Part shown: positions 24,997 to 37,634 of the stretch, one piece after another
How positions within the stretch are numbered: the first letter of the stretch is position 1
Layout of the letters: each line of letters opens with the position of its first letter
Source: Squalus acanthias
Taxonomy: Eukaryota
DNA: 64,000 bases
Reading direction: 5' to 3'
NCBI GenBank assembly: GCA_030390025.1
Contig: CM059432.1
Location: forward strand, 133,178,001-133,242,000
The notes under the pieces: model-generated
The model's input: only the letters and a program-made list of their open reading frames with translations
Told to the model about the DNA's origin: nothing
Databases searched by the model: none
Translations under genes and position numbers: made by a program

Positions 24997-25262
24997 CAGT
25001 GGGTTAATGTGCTGTGCACGTGGTACTGAGCCATTCGGGCCCGGGAGGCCCCAGGTTCAATCCCCCTTTCTGTGCTGAGTCGGTGGATCCCAGTCAGGGT
25101 AGTTTCAAAGGCCCTCAGTGCCCCTGTGCAAGGGAGAGAAAGAAATAGCCAGGGCTCCCACTCCTGCCTCCTATCAAACGAACCGGCTCGAAGATGTGTG
25201 TCATATGACATTGGTTGAGGCCTGGCCTCTCCCTCAGATTAAATAGCCTTGCTACCAGTTTG
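24997..25262 (+). mobile_element. Unclassified tRNA-head SINE-like repeat (family C)
   Basis: TGGTACTGAGCC...GGTTCAATCCC B box; related pieces at ~24555-24750, 27140-27600, 29020-29270, and on the minus strand at 31200-31430 and 31916-32080. Confidence 0.55.
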
Positions 25263-25589
25263 GGTTTGTCCATGCAGATTGACAAGTTGTGGAAAATGCT
25301 GGTCGTGTTCCCGTTAGTTATATCAGCACGATCCGGGCGGAATTGGCCGAACCAGCGCAAAATGCATCCAAAACCACTTACGCTCATGTTTTCCATGATC
25401 TTTTCCGCTGGTTCGAGATTCAAGCTCTGCCCACAGGACTGGCCACACCAATTTATGTATCAACATTCACTGGAACTCAGTAAGGCACTTCTCAAGTTGC
25501 GCACAGATCTGTCCAAGTGTTGAAAATATAGATTTCACTGTATGACAACCCATTACCAAAAACTTCACATGAATATTAGCTAAACCTCT

Positions 25590-26316
25590 AAGTGCTTACC
25601 CTTGTGTGTTGTTAGTTGGTATGATTGCACTAGGATGAGGGTGAGTGTGAGGGCTGGCTAGTGAGATGTGATAATGTAGATAGAGAGGGATGGGCGGAGG
25701 TCCAAGATAAGTTGGTGTAAGTAAGGATGTGCAGGAGCAGGATAGGGAAGGCAGAGTGATGGGGATGTGATGAGTGGCACAGCAGGGTGAGGTTGAGTGT
25801 GGCATTGCAGTAACATTTCATGATCTACTGAGATCATTGAAAGGTTTGCACCACTGCAGCCAAGGACTCCTGATGACATCCCTGCTTGTGTCCTCCTCTG
25901 CAATGTGCAACCAGGCTGTGTTTGTCTCCTGGGGAGGTTTCTTCCACCCATGGGAAGGGAAGAGAATCTCCCTGCGTGCTGTGACTCCCTCCATAAGCAT
26001 ATGGAGGGAGTCATGCGAGAGCCTGGGTGCAGCCGTGCACCTTTGTGCAGTGCTTGTCAGTGTTTGCAGCACCTCAATGCTGTAGAACACTGACAGCAGA
26101 ACTGCCAAAATCAATGTGGCCGTGGTCTCTTTAAGGAAACCGGCTGATGACACGTCATCAAATGATGTCATCAGACCCGCTTCCTGTTAATTGGCCAGGA
26201 ACCCCGCAGGGCGGGCTTAACAAGGCCAATCTACGGAAAATCTTTTTGAGAGAGCGGCTGCAGACGGGAGCGGGACCGGAAACCGGCATCCTGCCTCTGC
26301 AGGGAAAATCCAGCCC
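25590..26316 (-). mobile_element. Harbinger-type transposon end carrying a decayed Myb/SANT exon
   Basis: AAPRLSHDSLHMLMEGVTARREILFPSHGWKKP...AWLHIAEE...WLQWCKPFNDLSRS (25818-26040); TIR-like GGAAAATCCAGCCC at 26303-26316. Confidence 0.8.
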
Positions 26317-26329
26317 AGAGTCAGGGAAG

Positions 26330-26650
26330 AGGTAGTGGTGGGGGGGGGGGGGAAGAACAAAGGGAAGGTCTGTGATAGGATGGGAGACAGGAGTGATTAA
26401 ATGACAAAAGGGATGATGGTGCAAAGGCAAAAGTGGGTGGTAATGGGTGGTAATAAAGAATGATATTCTTGTTCTTTCCATCCCCCCCACCTCTTTTTCC
26501 CTGGCTCTGTACTTGCTTATAAACTATTAAATCTCTAACTTCTTCCAGTTCTGTTGAAAGGTCACAGACCTGAATGTTAACTTTCTCTCTCCACAGCTGC
26601 TGTCTGGCCTGCTGAGAGTTTCCAGCATTTTCTGTTTTTTTATTTCGGAT
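26330..26650. mobile_element. Penelope 3' UTR/terminal repeat fragment with inverted 5' half
   Basis: 26465-26650 is the reverse complement of the repeat at 53113 and 56856; 26330-26462 is adjoining sequence in the opposite orientation. Confidence 0.7.
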
Positions 26651-27269
26651 TGAAATATTTGTGTTGGTTGATACATGCATATTGTACATGCAGTTTGGCT
26701 TTTCGTTCTTTCATTTGGTTCAGAAATTGGCTCCAGTGAGCGCAGGAGCTAAGCCACCACCACGCCACAATGAGTCCAGATGAAAGTAATTTTTTTTTTA
26801 AATCGTGAAGAAAAGAGTTGTGGAATCTCAGGCACCAGCTGATATTGATATTGGCCTTAAGGGTGGATTCTTGAGCCTGTTAGAAAGCAGTTTCTCCCCC
26901 ACCCACCCCCTCCTTGAGTCAGCACCGATGATGCAGGGCTACCAGCATTGTTGGAACCATGTTCCAGCAAGAGTTGCTCTCTTCAGGAGAGCCTGACGTC
27001 TCTAAATTGTTTATATTGCAGCGTGCTTGAACAGCACTTCATTTTCAGAGTCTGTGGCATCGTTGGAATCCCGAGAGAGGCTACTGTCCTATAATCTATT
27101 TAGGTTTCCACACTGTCCCACAGGCAGAGCCTGTACCATGCAGTTGAGCACTGAGCCAACAGGCCAGAGGGTCCCGGGTTCACTTCTATGTCCGTTGAGC
27201 TTGCTCATCTCAGCCAGGTAGCAATTGGACTCCTAGAGTTGGCCTTTGCGCTCCTGGGCTAGAGAGAAA

Positions 27270-27412
27270 GAAAGAAAGACTTGCATTTATGTAGCGCCTT
27301 TCATGACCTCAGGACGTCCCAAAACACTTTACAGCCAATGAAGTACTTTTGAAGTGCAGTCACTGTTGTAATGTAGGAAACGCAGCAGCCAATTTGTGCA
27401 CAGCAAGCTCCC
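27270..27412 (-). mobile_element. SacSINE1-like 3' fragment nested in a family C SINE
   Basis: (AAAG)n tail plus SINE 3' end; host repeat resumes at ~27413. Confidence 0.85.
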
Positions 27413-29469
27413 ACTGGAGAAAATAAATCAGCGAGAGAGCTCCTTCTTGAGCATTGTTTAGTGCCTCCTTCTAGGTGTACATGTGTGAGGACTTTAGATG
27501 AGAACAGGACCAGGTTTGGCTGTGATGCCAACATGCATTGTCCAGGCTCGCACATGAACATCGTTCACTTGGGGAAAGGTGCTGAATAGCTGTTGGCATT
27601 TATAGCCAACAATTTCAAACCTAGTTTTCAGTTTTCCAGCCTCCTTTTGTGACCACGACAAAAAAATATAGCAATAAGGTTTCTCTCCAATATGATTTTG
27701 TTTCCCTCCAGAGAAATATTAAAGATGAACAATTCTGAAATAAAATTTCTATGAAATATGTCACTCACTTGGCCCACTGACTGTTACTGCAGCTTTGTTG
27801 GGCTTTTGATTACACTTGTCTATTTAGAGTTTGCTGTGAGCACCTGCATCTATCTGATGTGACAAGGAAATGATCATCAAAGAGCTGAGTTTTGAAACTA
27901 TATCTGACTCCACAAGCCCATTGACAGACTGCTAGGGATGAGGTATAAATCAAAACTGGTCTGAATGAGATATCGTCTCCCCCACAAATTCAAGCAGTCC
28001 GAATTTTTGCACAGTTGAGGTCAATTGAGATTTGGAGGTGCGTGTCTTTTTCATAGCACTGTGTGTGTACGTGTTCATAGCTGGAGTCAAGTTTCCCCTC
28101 TACATGATCAGTGAAAGCAACTAACATTTTGTGCTTTGTTTGATCCTTGGTCGTCGAGTGGGTAAGACAAGTCCTTGACATTGTGTCTGTCTGATCTCTG
28201 GAAAGCTGGATATGGTTTGGTAGCTTTGAAGGAGCCTGAATTTTAGATCCGCTGGAATTGAATTTGAGTCCAATTTACATAAGGACTCACCAGTATCAGC
28301 TGCAGCCATATTTGATAAAAGTTAAGATCAGCTTCAGGTAAATATTGGACTGAACATTTTCTGCCTTTTTTTTCCTAATTTAACACTTTTTTTAGTTCCC
28401 TAGTAACTCAGAAAATAAGGACAGCGTGGGGAGTATTTAAATGTGGCCACTTCCATCGGGCAGGAAGTAGACGGAACGAGCTCACCGCCCACCTGACAGG
28501 AATGGTCTGAAGCCCAAACCATCTTCACGTCGGTGAGCTGCTATCACTTCTGGAGGAGCTTGCTAATCGAATGCAGAAACTCCTCCATGGAGACCAGTGT
28601 GGGGGAGATGATCCTTGGGGAGGGCCACAGGCAGTCGTAGATTTGGCAGGGGGTTAGGGGGATGGGGGCGATTTTTGGGGTGCGAGGAGAAGCATTTTTC
28701 CCACTTTCTTTGAGCTGCCTGCAGTGGTACCTTTAAGGACCGCTGGTTCTGCCGCTGAACGCCAAGCCGCAATTGCTGATTTACAAGATCTAACGCGGCA
28801 CTCGCCAGTTTCCACAGGTGCCTGGGCTTCAAATTCCTGACCACCTTCCCCACTCCCCCCCGCCGCCCATCTGAATGGCGGAGTCCTGGACATTGGTGGG
28901 AGCGGAGTGAAAAATGCTGTGCTGCTATTTTCGCCACTGTTCCAATTCACGCCCGGCAAAGGAGACGAAAGTCGGCCCCCGTGTACCTGAGCCACGTAAA
29001 TGAAAAATACCCATTTGCACTGAGTTACTGGGTGGCATTGGGGCTACTGCAGTTGGCCTTAGAGCCCATGGTTTAGGTAGAGGAAAATCGGCTGGAGTTC
29101 TGTCTCATAATTGCTATCCAGCGAACCCATTTCTAGGAAGTGCACATGTTGGACTGAGGACCGGATGGAGTTCAGCTGTCATACCTCCCTACAGTGGCTA
29201 AGGTATTTGGAGAGTAACCAGTGCTCATGGAAACCTATCCACAAAGCCCTCAATGCCTTCAGGAGGTGAGGGGGCCTGTGAAATTTTGCAAGGTTTAGGC
29301 TTCATTCGACACTGAATCTGAGGCTTAATGCTCTGACATCCAACATTTATTGTACTATATATCTCTTCTACCTTTGCCCTTACCAATGAAAATACAAGGT
29401 GCCAATTTACGTTAAAGCTGGACTGCTCCACTTAAATCAACTCAATAGAAATTCATTATTTAAAATATG

Positions 29470-30040
29470 TAAGTTGGCAGGACAGTGGCAGATGAAATGT
29501 AATATGAACAAGTGCAAAGTGTTGCAATAGAAAGAAAAATGGCCAACATGTACTCTGCATAGATATTGTAATACCTATGGATTAAACTGAAAGGGGTATT
29601 AAGGGACTCGGAGCTTAATTTGTCCAATAACTGCAGAACACTAATCAACAATTCAAACAAATGTTGAACTAAATAGCAAATTGTACACTGTAAAAACTGG
29701 AAGATGACTTGGCTAAAGCTGCACAGTTACTTGCTCAGACCGCACCTTGAGTACTAGTTTTTGTCACCAAGACACAAGGTGGGGTGGGGTCATTTACAAC
29801 TTCACTGCCTGGGCGGTAATGTGGCTGAATGGGATCGCCACTGATTTCAATGGGATGAAAATCAGAAGAGTGCGAGTGTGGGCGGGCTATCCGATTCGGC
29901 ACATTACAGCCCAGGCCGTGAAGTTAAAAAGGACGCCCAAGGGCGATGGTCAGACTCGGAGGGAAGAGTCACGAGGCAGATTCCTATCATTGGACTATTG
30001 AGTTATGAGGAAAGGTTAGAGAAACTTGGGCATTTTGGCT
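29470..30040 (+). mobile_element. Old CR1 RT fragment interrupted by a MITE (29786-29938)
   Basis: WQMKCNMNKCKV, LLRPHLEY, LSYEERLEKLG; the insert is a palindrome with central ACTGATTTCAATGG. Confidence 0.65.
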
Positions 30041-30178
30041 TTACTGCAGACATCTACAGAACAAAAGGAGACCATTCAGCTTATGGTGTCTGTGTCGGCT
30101 CAACACGTGCAATGGACTTGCTCATCCATCTCTCTCTTGTGAGTCGTTCTGTAGCACTGCGCGTATTTGAGAGTCCAG

Positions 30179-30364
30179 GGCCTAGAAATTCATCTCGGGT
30201 GGTGGCGTATAATGGGCGATATCGGATTGGCCGCCCGTTATGCACAGCGCCTGATGTTCAGTTCTATTGCAGCCAATGAAACTGAATATCAGCCGCTGTG
30301 TATAACGGGCGGCCGATCCGATACCGCCTGTTATACGCCACCGCCCAAGACGAATTTCTAGGCC
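30179..30364. mobile_element. Fully palindromic MITE with CAG TSD (PIF/Harbinger-like)
   Basis: CAG|GGCCTAGAAATTC...GAATTTCTAGGCC|CAG; arms pair along the whole length; half-copy near 17215-17320. Confidence 0.85.
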
Positions 30365-31436
30365 CAGATCTCTTCAAAAAAATCCCACTGATGTGGATTT
30401 CCACAATAAAGCACTATAATTTTGTTAATGAAAATCAGGCTGAAAGTGTGGTATGTAGCGGAGAACTTTAGGTAGAGTGTTAAGAGTTGAGAGTTGACAG
30501 TAAACAGCGACCTGATCAGATTTAATTAAAAAAAAAGCACACAGCGCTCTAATTAAGATAAAGGTAGTAAGTGGGAAGTGACAATAAAAGAGTTGGCAGT
30601 AAATGGAAACTGCTGGGCTCCTTTCGAAAGGATGAAAGGCTTTCTGTTGTCCTTTCAATCTGCCTCCCATAAGTCAAGCCCGAAGTCTGTAATAATTAAC
30701 CTTTGCCCTTCACGGTTGAGCTGGCCTTTTGCTGTGTCATGGTGTGCTGGTTCCTGCTGTAGGAGCTGGGCAGTGTTCCACGCAAAGTATGCAAAATGTA
30801 AATGCAGAAAAAAACATGCATGACTGGCCACAACGCCATTCCATTCATTCCGACCATCTCGGGGAGGCACTGTCACCTCGGAAGCCTTTTTCTGTTTTGC
30901 CCTTGCAGCTTAGTTAACTGCTGAGTTTCACATTTCAGATGTGAAAACATTGTTTTCCAACCTGTACACTTAAAGTAATATTCTTACGGAAGTGCACAAG
31001 GGCCTTTATTGGTGCTCAATTATTTTAACTGTTTAAATTTTTTAAGATGTGAATTGTTTATGATTCCAGGGTTGTTTTGGGTTCAGGCTCTACAAGCACT
31101 TATTTGAGTTAATATTAAATAATGCTATTTTATTTTTAAACAAGATGGTCTGAAATATAAGTGATTTGCAATAGTACAGCTCTCCTTCCTGATGTCATCA
31201 AGGCAAAAGCAGGCTTTGAGTGATTTTTGTTTTTTCCCTTTCAGTTTCCTCCCGCTCTCTCCTTCAGGCACTGACTCCTGTCAGCTACCCTCTGGTACCT
31301 CCCCCAACTGGCCAGCCTTGCAGGAGGCTACTCGATCATGGGAGGATTCACAGCCAAGAATGATCTTATTGTCAATCGATGCAAGCACACATGCACGTGA
31401 AAGTCACTGAAAAATGATCAGGAGTAATTGATAATC

Positions 31437-31915
31437 ACAACAACAACTTGTATTTATACAATGCCTTTAACATAGTAAAACATCCCAAGGCGCTTCACAG
31501 GAGCGATTATCAAACAAAATTTGACACCGAGCCACAGAAGGAGCTATTAGGACAGGTGACCAAAAGCTTGGTCAAAGAGATATGTTTTAATTAGCGTCTT
31601 AAAGGAGGAAAGAGAGGTAGAGAGGTGGAGAGGTTTAGGGAGGGAATTCCAGAGCTTAGGGCCCAGGCAACTGAAGGCACGGCCGCCAATGGTGGAGCGA
31701 TTAAAATCGGGGATGCACAATAGGCCAGAATTAGAGGAGCACAGATATCTCAAAGGGTTGTAGGGCTGGAGGAGATTACAGAGACAGGGAGGGCGAGGCC
31801 ATGGAGGGATTTGAAAACAAGGATGAGAATTTTAAAATCGAGGGGTTGCTTAACTGGGAGCCAGTGTAGGTCAGCAAGCACGGGGGTGATGGGTGAACAG
31901 GGCTTGGTGCGAGTT
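31437..31915 (-). mobile_element. L2 LINE 3' end
   Basis: IGGRAFSCLGPKLWNSLP...FDQAFGH; (CAA)n tail; splits a family C copy. Confidence 0.9.
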
Positions 31916-32519
31916 ATTTCTCTACCTTACCCAAGGGGTTCCAAGGCCAGTTGTAGAAGAACTCTTCCTGTCGACATAGCTGTGATTAGATAACTGAGCA
32001 TAAACTGGGGATTAAACATTGGACCCCACCCCCCCCCCAACCCCCACCCCCACCCCACCCCCGGACCTACTTGGCTCAGATACACACACGCACACCACTA
32101 AAATCATCTTTTAACAAGACATGTTTCCTGTGGCTCAGGCTATTGGTTCACCAGGCCACAGAGAATATAAGAACATCACACCCCTTAATGAAGCCTGACG
32201 GTTTTCCATTCAATCGTTTGAATGGATGGAAGGTTGTGTGGACATCCTAATGGGAATACAGTCTTCTCCACTGGATTCGCTGTGCTCAGCCAATCCAACA
32301 GTCTCAGCTGCATGAACATTTACCCCATAAAGTCTACTGCTGATAATAGCAAATGATTTAACAGCCCCAAAAAATCAAATAATCCAGAAATTCAAATGAA
32401 GCAATTGCATTAATATGGCACAGTATCCCTTTGAATTCAAATTTAAATGATGTACTAATTCCCATTAAGCAACTTTGAATTAATAAAAGTAAACTATTCC
32501 GATCCAGTTGTCCAATCTG

Positions 32520-32780
32520 TTAAATCATCGAATGATACGGCGCAGAAAGAGGCCATTCAGCCCATCGTGCCTGTGCCAGCTCATTGAAAGAGCTCTCCAA
32601 TTAGTCCCGCTCTTTCCCCATAACCTTGCAAATGTTTTGCCTTCAAGTATTTATCCAATTCCCTATTGAAGGTTACTATTGAATCTGCTTCCACCTCCCT
32701 TTCAGGCAATGCATTCCAGATCTTTTTTCCACGTAACGCCTCTCGTTCTCTTGCCAATTACTTTAAATTTGTAATCTCAT
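32520..32780 (-). mobile_element. CR1 3' fragment
   Basis: GGCCATTCAGCCCATCG tail motif; IWNALPEREVEADSI. Confidence 0.8.
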
Positions 32781-32898
32781 TGAACAACCTTTTCAAGATT
32801 GATTCTTCCTTAGGTTCAGAACTTTTTGAGCAAAATTGAAGAGATCTTATTGGGGTTAAATTGTATTTGGAATAACCTTTCACTCTGCTTGTACATTG

Positions 32899-33346
32899 AA
32901 AACGAAAGACTTGCATTTATATAGCGCCTTTCACGACCTCAGGATCTCCCAAAGTGCTTTACAGACAATGAAGTACTTTTTGAAGTGTAGTCGCTGTTGT
33001 AATGTAGGAAACGCGGCAGCCAATTTGTGCACAGCAAGCTCCCGCAAACAGCAATGTGGTAATGACCAGATAATCTGTTTTAGTGATGTTGATTGATGGA
33101 TAAATATTGGCCAAGACACTGGGAAGAACTCCCCTGCTCTTCTTCAAAATAGTGCCATGGGATCCTTTACGCCCACCCGAGAGAGCAGACAGGGCCTCGG
33201 TTTAACGTCTCATCCGAAAGACGGCACCTCCGACAATGCAGCACGCCCTCAGTACTACACTGGAGTGTCGGCCTAGATTTCAGTGCTCAGGTCTCTGGAG
33301 TGAGACCATGAACCCACAGTGCTACTAACTGAGCCACAGCTGACAC
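32899..33346 (-). mobile_element. SacSINE1-like SINE, near full length
   Basis: Reverse complement of 8384-8852. Confidence 0.92.
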
Positions 33347-33544
33347 TGGTTAAATGATAAAAGAGGCTTCTGATTGGCTGAGAGCCATTGATGCATGCAC
33401 AGTTCCATTCAGTCCTGGAATTTTTTAATTGTTCTGCAACGAAACTACTGCTGTCAAGCCTACAGAATCAATACATTCAAATAAATTCAACAGTCTTATT
33501 CAAATAATATCTACATCTATAAGCAAGTGTCACCAATACACTTG

Positions 33545-34437
33545 GGGGGAGAAATTCAGTATCGCCCCATTTGGGGCGCAATTATCGGCCGGGCGCAAAG
33601 ATTAGCGCCTGGCGCTAATTATCGCCATCGACTGCAAACTTGACTTTTATCGCCCCTGGAGGTGATTGGAGCGCTAAATCAGGCGCTTCACACCTGTCTT
33701 AAGGCGCAAAGGCCGAGGAGCGAGGCGCTACCTCAGAGCGCTGGCGAAGCTCATGTGATGTCAGTCAGCAACGGAACACACACACAATGGCCCCGGCCAG
33801 TTCTTAAAGGGGATGGTTGATCTTGCTTTCCATCCACATCCTGCTCATTGCAGCCTTGAATCTCGGCCTGGAGAGACCTGCACATCAAATCTGCTGGAAA
33901 GAACAATGGAGAGTACCAGGGAAAGAGCTCAGAGTGCAGCCCTCACAATCTCTTCTAAATCGATACAAGGAATGGCAAATCAAAATGAACCTGCAAAATG
34001 CTGCTCAGTACCCAAAACTCCTTCACACAGCGTTGAATCTCTCCAGAAGACTCTCTCCCTCTCTCTCAGAATGCGTGGTTCAAAAATGGCACCAACAATA
34101 AAAGGCAGGAAGCAGTCGCCTTTAAATAGCGCTCCCCCAGTCCCTTCATGACTGCAAAACGCTCCCCTCAACATGTCGTTGCTAGCGTCAGGCGGTAAGG
34201 CAGGGGGCGCCACTCAATATCCGCTCCGGGGCGATACCAGGGCGTTGCGCACTCGACTGACGTCACGATCTGCCGGCGCAGGAGATCGTGGCGGTAGTGT
34301 TTAGCGCCGCCGCAAAGTGTCTAGTTAATTTCGCGAGCGGCGCAAACATCGCCGCGCCTGGGCACTAGATGATTTGCGCCCCATTAGCGCCCTCTTAAGG
34401 CGCTAACGGGAGGCGCAACCAACTGAATTTTTCCCCC
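33545..34437 (+). mobile_element. Internally deleted Harbinger-type element with 3-bp TSD (TTG)
   Basis: TTG|GGGGGAGAAATTCAGT...ACTGAATTTTTCCCCC|TTG; CpG-rich subterminal GCGC(C) repeats; internal MESTRERAQ resembles the start of the Myb gene. Confidence 0.8.
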
Positions 34438-34526
34438 TTGGTCTTCAGAATTATGAAAAGGAACCTTAGGACAGATTACAGGAAGCATTTCTTTATATAG
34501 ACGGTGATCAACAGCTGGAATCAGTT

Positions 34527-34676
34527 TTTTTAAATTATTCATTCATGGGATGTGGGCGTCGCTGGCAAGGGCAGCATTTATTGCCCATCCTTAATTGCCC
34601 TTGAGAAGGTGGTGGTGAGCCATCTTCTTGAACCGCTGCAGTACATGCGGTGAAGGCACTCCCACAGTGCTGTTGC
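34527..34676 (-). mobile_element. L2/Crack-group LINE 3' tip, within CR1 remnants (34450-34960)
   Basis: Reverse complement of 35900-36045; flanked by plus-strand CR1 3' sequence ending ATTCTATGATTCTA. Confidence 0.85.
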
Positions 34677-34961
34677 AAATTGCAAAAGAGGTTGTTTAGG
34701 TTAAGACACTGAGCTCATTTAAGAAACAGCTTTTTTACGCCACGAGTGGTTATGATCTGGCATGCACTGCCTGAAAGGGTGGTGGAAACAGATTCAATAA
34801 TAACTTTCCAAAGGGAACTGGATAAATACTTGTGCAAAAATTTACAGGGCTATGGGGAAAGGGCGGGGGATTGGGACTAATTGGATAGCACTTTCAAAGA
34901 GCCAGCACAGGCACGATGGGCCAAATGGCCTCCTTCCATACTGGAAGATTCTATGATTCTA

Positions 34962-36051
34962 GACTGGAGTATGGCTGGAGTCATACCTAACACAAAGGAA
35001 GAAGATTGTGGTTGTTTATCAGCCAATCATCTCAGCCCCAGGACATCGCTGCAGGAGTTCCTCAGGGCAGTGTCCTACGTCCAACTATCTTCAGCTGCTT
35101 CATCAATGACCTTCCCTCCATCATAAGGTCAGAAGTGGGGATGTTCGCTGATAATTGCACAGTGTTCAGTTCCATTCGCAGCTCCTCAGATAATGAAGCA
35201 GTCTGCGCCTGCATGCAGCAAGACCTGGACAACATTCAGGCTTGTGTTGATAAGCGGCAAGTAATATTTGCGCCACACAAGTGCCAGGCAATGACTATCT
35301 CCAACAAGAAAGAGTCTAACCACCTCCACTTGACATTCAACGGCATTACCGTCGCCGAATCCCCCACCATCAACATCCTGGGGGTCACCATTGACCAGAA
35401 ATGTAACTGGACCAGTCACATAAATACTGTGGCAACAAGAGCAGGTCAGAGGCTAGGTATTCTGCGGCGAGTGTCTCACCACCTAACTCCCCTAAGGCTT
35501 TCCACCATCTACAAGGCACGAGTAAGGAGTGTGATGGAATACTCTCCACTTGCCTGGATGAGTGCAGCTCCAACATCACTCAAGAAGCTCGACACCATCC
35601 AGGACAAAGCAGCCCGCTTGATTAGCACCCCATCCATCACCTTAAACATTCACTTCCTCCATCACCGGCGCACCGTGGCTGCAGTGTTTACCATCTACAA
35701 GATGCACTGCAGCAACTCACCAAGGCTTCTTCGGCAGCATCTCCCAAACCCACGACCTCAACCACCTAGAAGGACAAGGGCAGCAGGCGCATGGGAACAC
35801 CACCACCTGCAAGTTCCCCTCCAAGTCACACACCATTCCTGACTTGGAAATATATCGCCGTTCCTTCCTCGTTGCTGGGTCAAAATCCTGGAACTCCCTC
35901 CCTAACAGCACTGTGGGAGTACCTTCACCACACGAACTACAGCGGTTCAAGAAGGCAGCTCACCACCACCTACTCAAGGGCAATTAGGGATGGGCAATAA
36001 ATGCTGGCCTTGCCAGCGGCGCCCACATTCCATGAACAAATAAAAAAAAAA
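34962..36051 (+). mobile_element. L2/Crack-group LINE, 5'-truncated RT
   Basis: GVPQGSVLRP, FADN (decayed FADD), IYKARVRSVMEYSPLAW; A-rich tail. Confidence 0.92.
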
Positions 36052-36279
36052 GACGCTGTGATAGAGTGGTATACTGAAAGGTTGAGATCAAATTGTCTGT
36101 AGCATTTTGAGTTTTTCCCATTTGCCCGGGCAGAATGGCCCAGAATTTCTGTAGGGAGTTGGCCCAATAACTTAAACGAGAGATCGGTAGAACCTCCAGA
36201 GAAACATTGTAAGCGGTCGTTTTCAACCACTTGCGCCATTTGTCCAGGGTTCCCGGTGATCTCCTGCCAAAGTTACAGC

Positions 36280-36713
36280 TACTGTATTTAGCCATGGTGT
36301 GACCACATCTGGAGTACTGCATGCAGATTTTAGTCTCCCTATTTTAAAAAGGATTTTCAGTTACGAGAGGAGGCAGAGAGAAGGGCCACACGGCTGATCC
36401 CAAGGGAATGACACATGAGGAACGATGGACTACCCTAAGTCTTTTCTCTCTTAAAAAGAGAGCACTGAGAGGTGACACAATAGAAGTGTTTAAAATTATG
36501 AAAGGTTTGGACAAATTGGATCCGAGTGTACAGAATTTAAACAGAAGGGATCATATTTACAAATTAAGAACAACAAAAGAAAATAGGAAATACAGGAGGA
36601 ACATTTTTGCTAAAAGGGTAGTAAGAATGTTGAACAGATTGCTGACACAGGTGGTGGAACAAGAAATCTTAATAGGTTTAAAAAAGGAAGGAGATTCAGA
36701 GTTATTAAAAATG
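36280..36713 (+). mobile_element. Old CR1 3' fragment
   Basis: PHLEYCMQI, LRGDTIEVFKIMKGLDKL. Confidence 0.8.
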
Positions 36714-37276
36714 TACATAAGAACATAGGAACAGGACTAGCCATTTAGCCCCACGAGCCTGTTCCGCCATTCAATGAGATCATGGCTGATGTGTATCCTA
36801 ACTCCATCCACCTGCCTTGGCTGCATATCTTTGTATACTCTTGGCTAGCAAAAATCTATCGATCTCAGATTTAAAATGATTAATTAATCTAGCATTTACT
36901 GCTTTTTGTGGAAGAGAGTGCCATGCTTCTACCATCCTTTGCGTGATGAAATGTTTCCTAATTTCTCTCCTGAATGGCCTCCCCTTGTCCTAGACTCCCC
37001 CACGAGCGGAAAAAGTTTCTCTCTATCTACCCTATCAATTCCTTTCAAAATCCTGAAAACCTCAATCAAATCACCCCTTAACCTTCTACATTCCAGGGAA
37101 TACAAGCCTAGTTTATGTAATCTCTCCTCATACTTTAACCCTTGGAGTCCTGGTAAAATTCTGGTGACTCTGCGAAGCACTCCTTCCAAGGCCAATATAT
37201 CCTTTCTAAGGTGCGGTTCCCAGAACTGTACACAGTACTCTAGATGTGGTCTAACCAGGGCTTTGTATAGCTGTAG
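36714..37276 (-). mobile_element. CR1 3' fragment
   Basis: LYKALVRPHLEYCVQFW...LRGDLIEVFRILKG; CATAAGAACATAG tail. Confidence 0.93.
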
Positions 37277-37634
37277 CCAAAGTAACATGTTTTGACTGAT
37301 TTCCAGACTGATGGATTATTATGGAAATTTATGAATAGGTAACTATGGTTGTGTTTTCCAATTTGTAATTACTTTGATGAAGATCCACAGTGTACCTTCT
37401 CTGTTGTGTACAAGATACAAATTGTGCTCATCATCTGGGATTACCTGTGGCGTGGGAGCACAACTTAAGCCTCCATATATTTGAACAATGTTCGATTACA
37501 ACAGTGACTAAACTTCCAAAGTACTTAATTAGCTGTAAAATGCTTTGGGACATTCTGAGGTTGTGAAAGATTTTCTTTCTATCGTTCTAACTTTTCTTGA
37601 AAGGTGACTTAAAATAAAGGAGATAAAAAATATA

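Noticed and set aside
27990..28309. Two short minus-strand ORFs as exons
   Set aside because: No recognisable protein and no consistent splice pair.
34527..36051. Long TIRs of a DNA transposon
   Set aside because: Two opposite-orientation 3' ends of the same LINE family.
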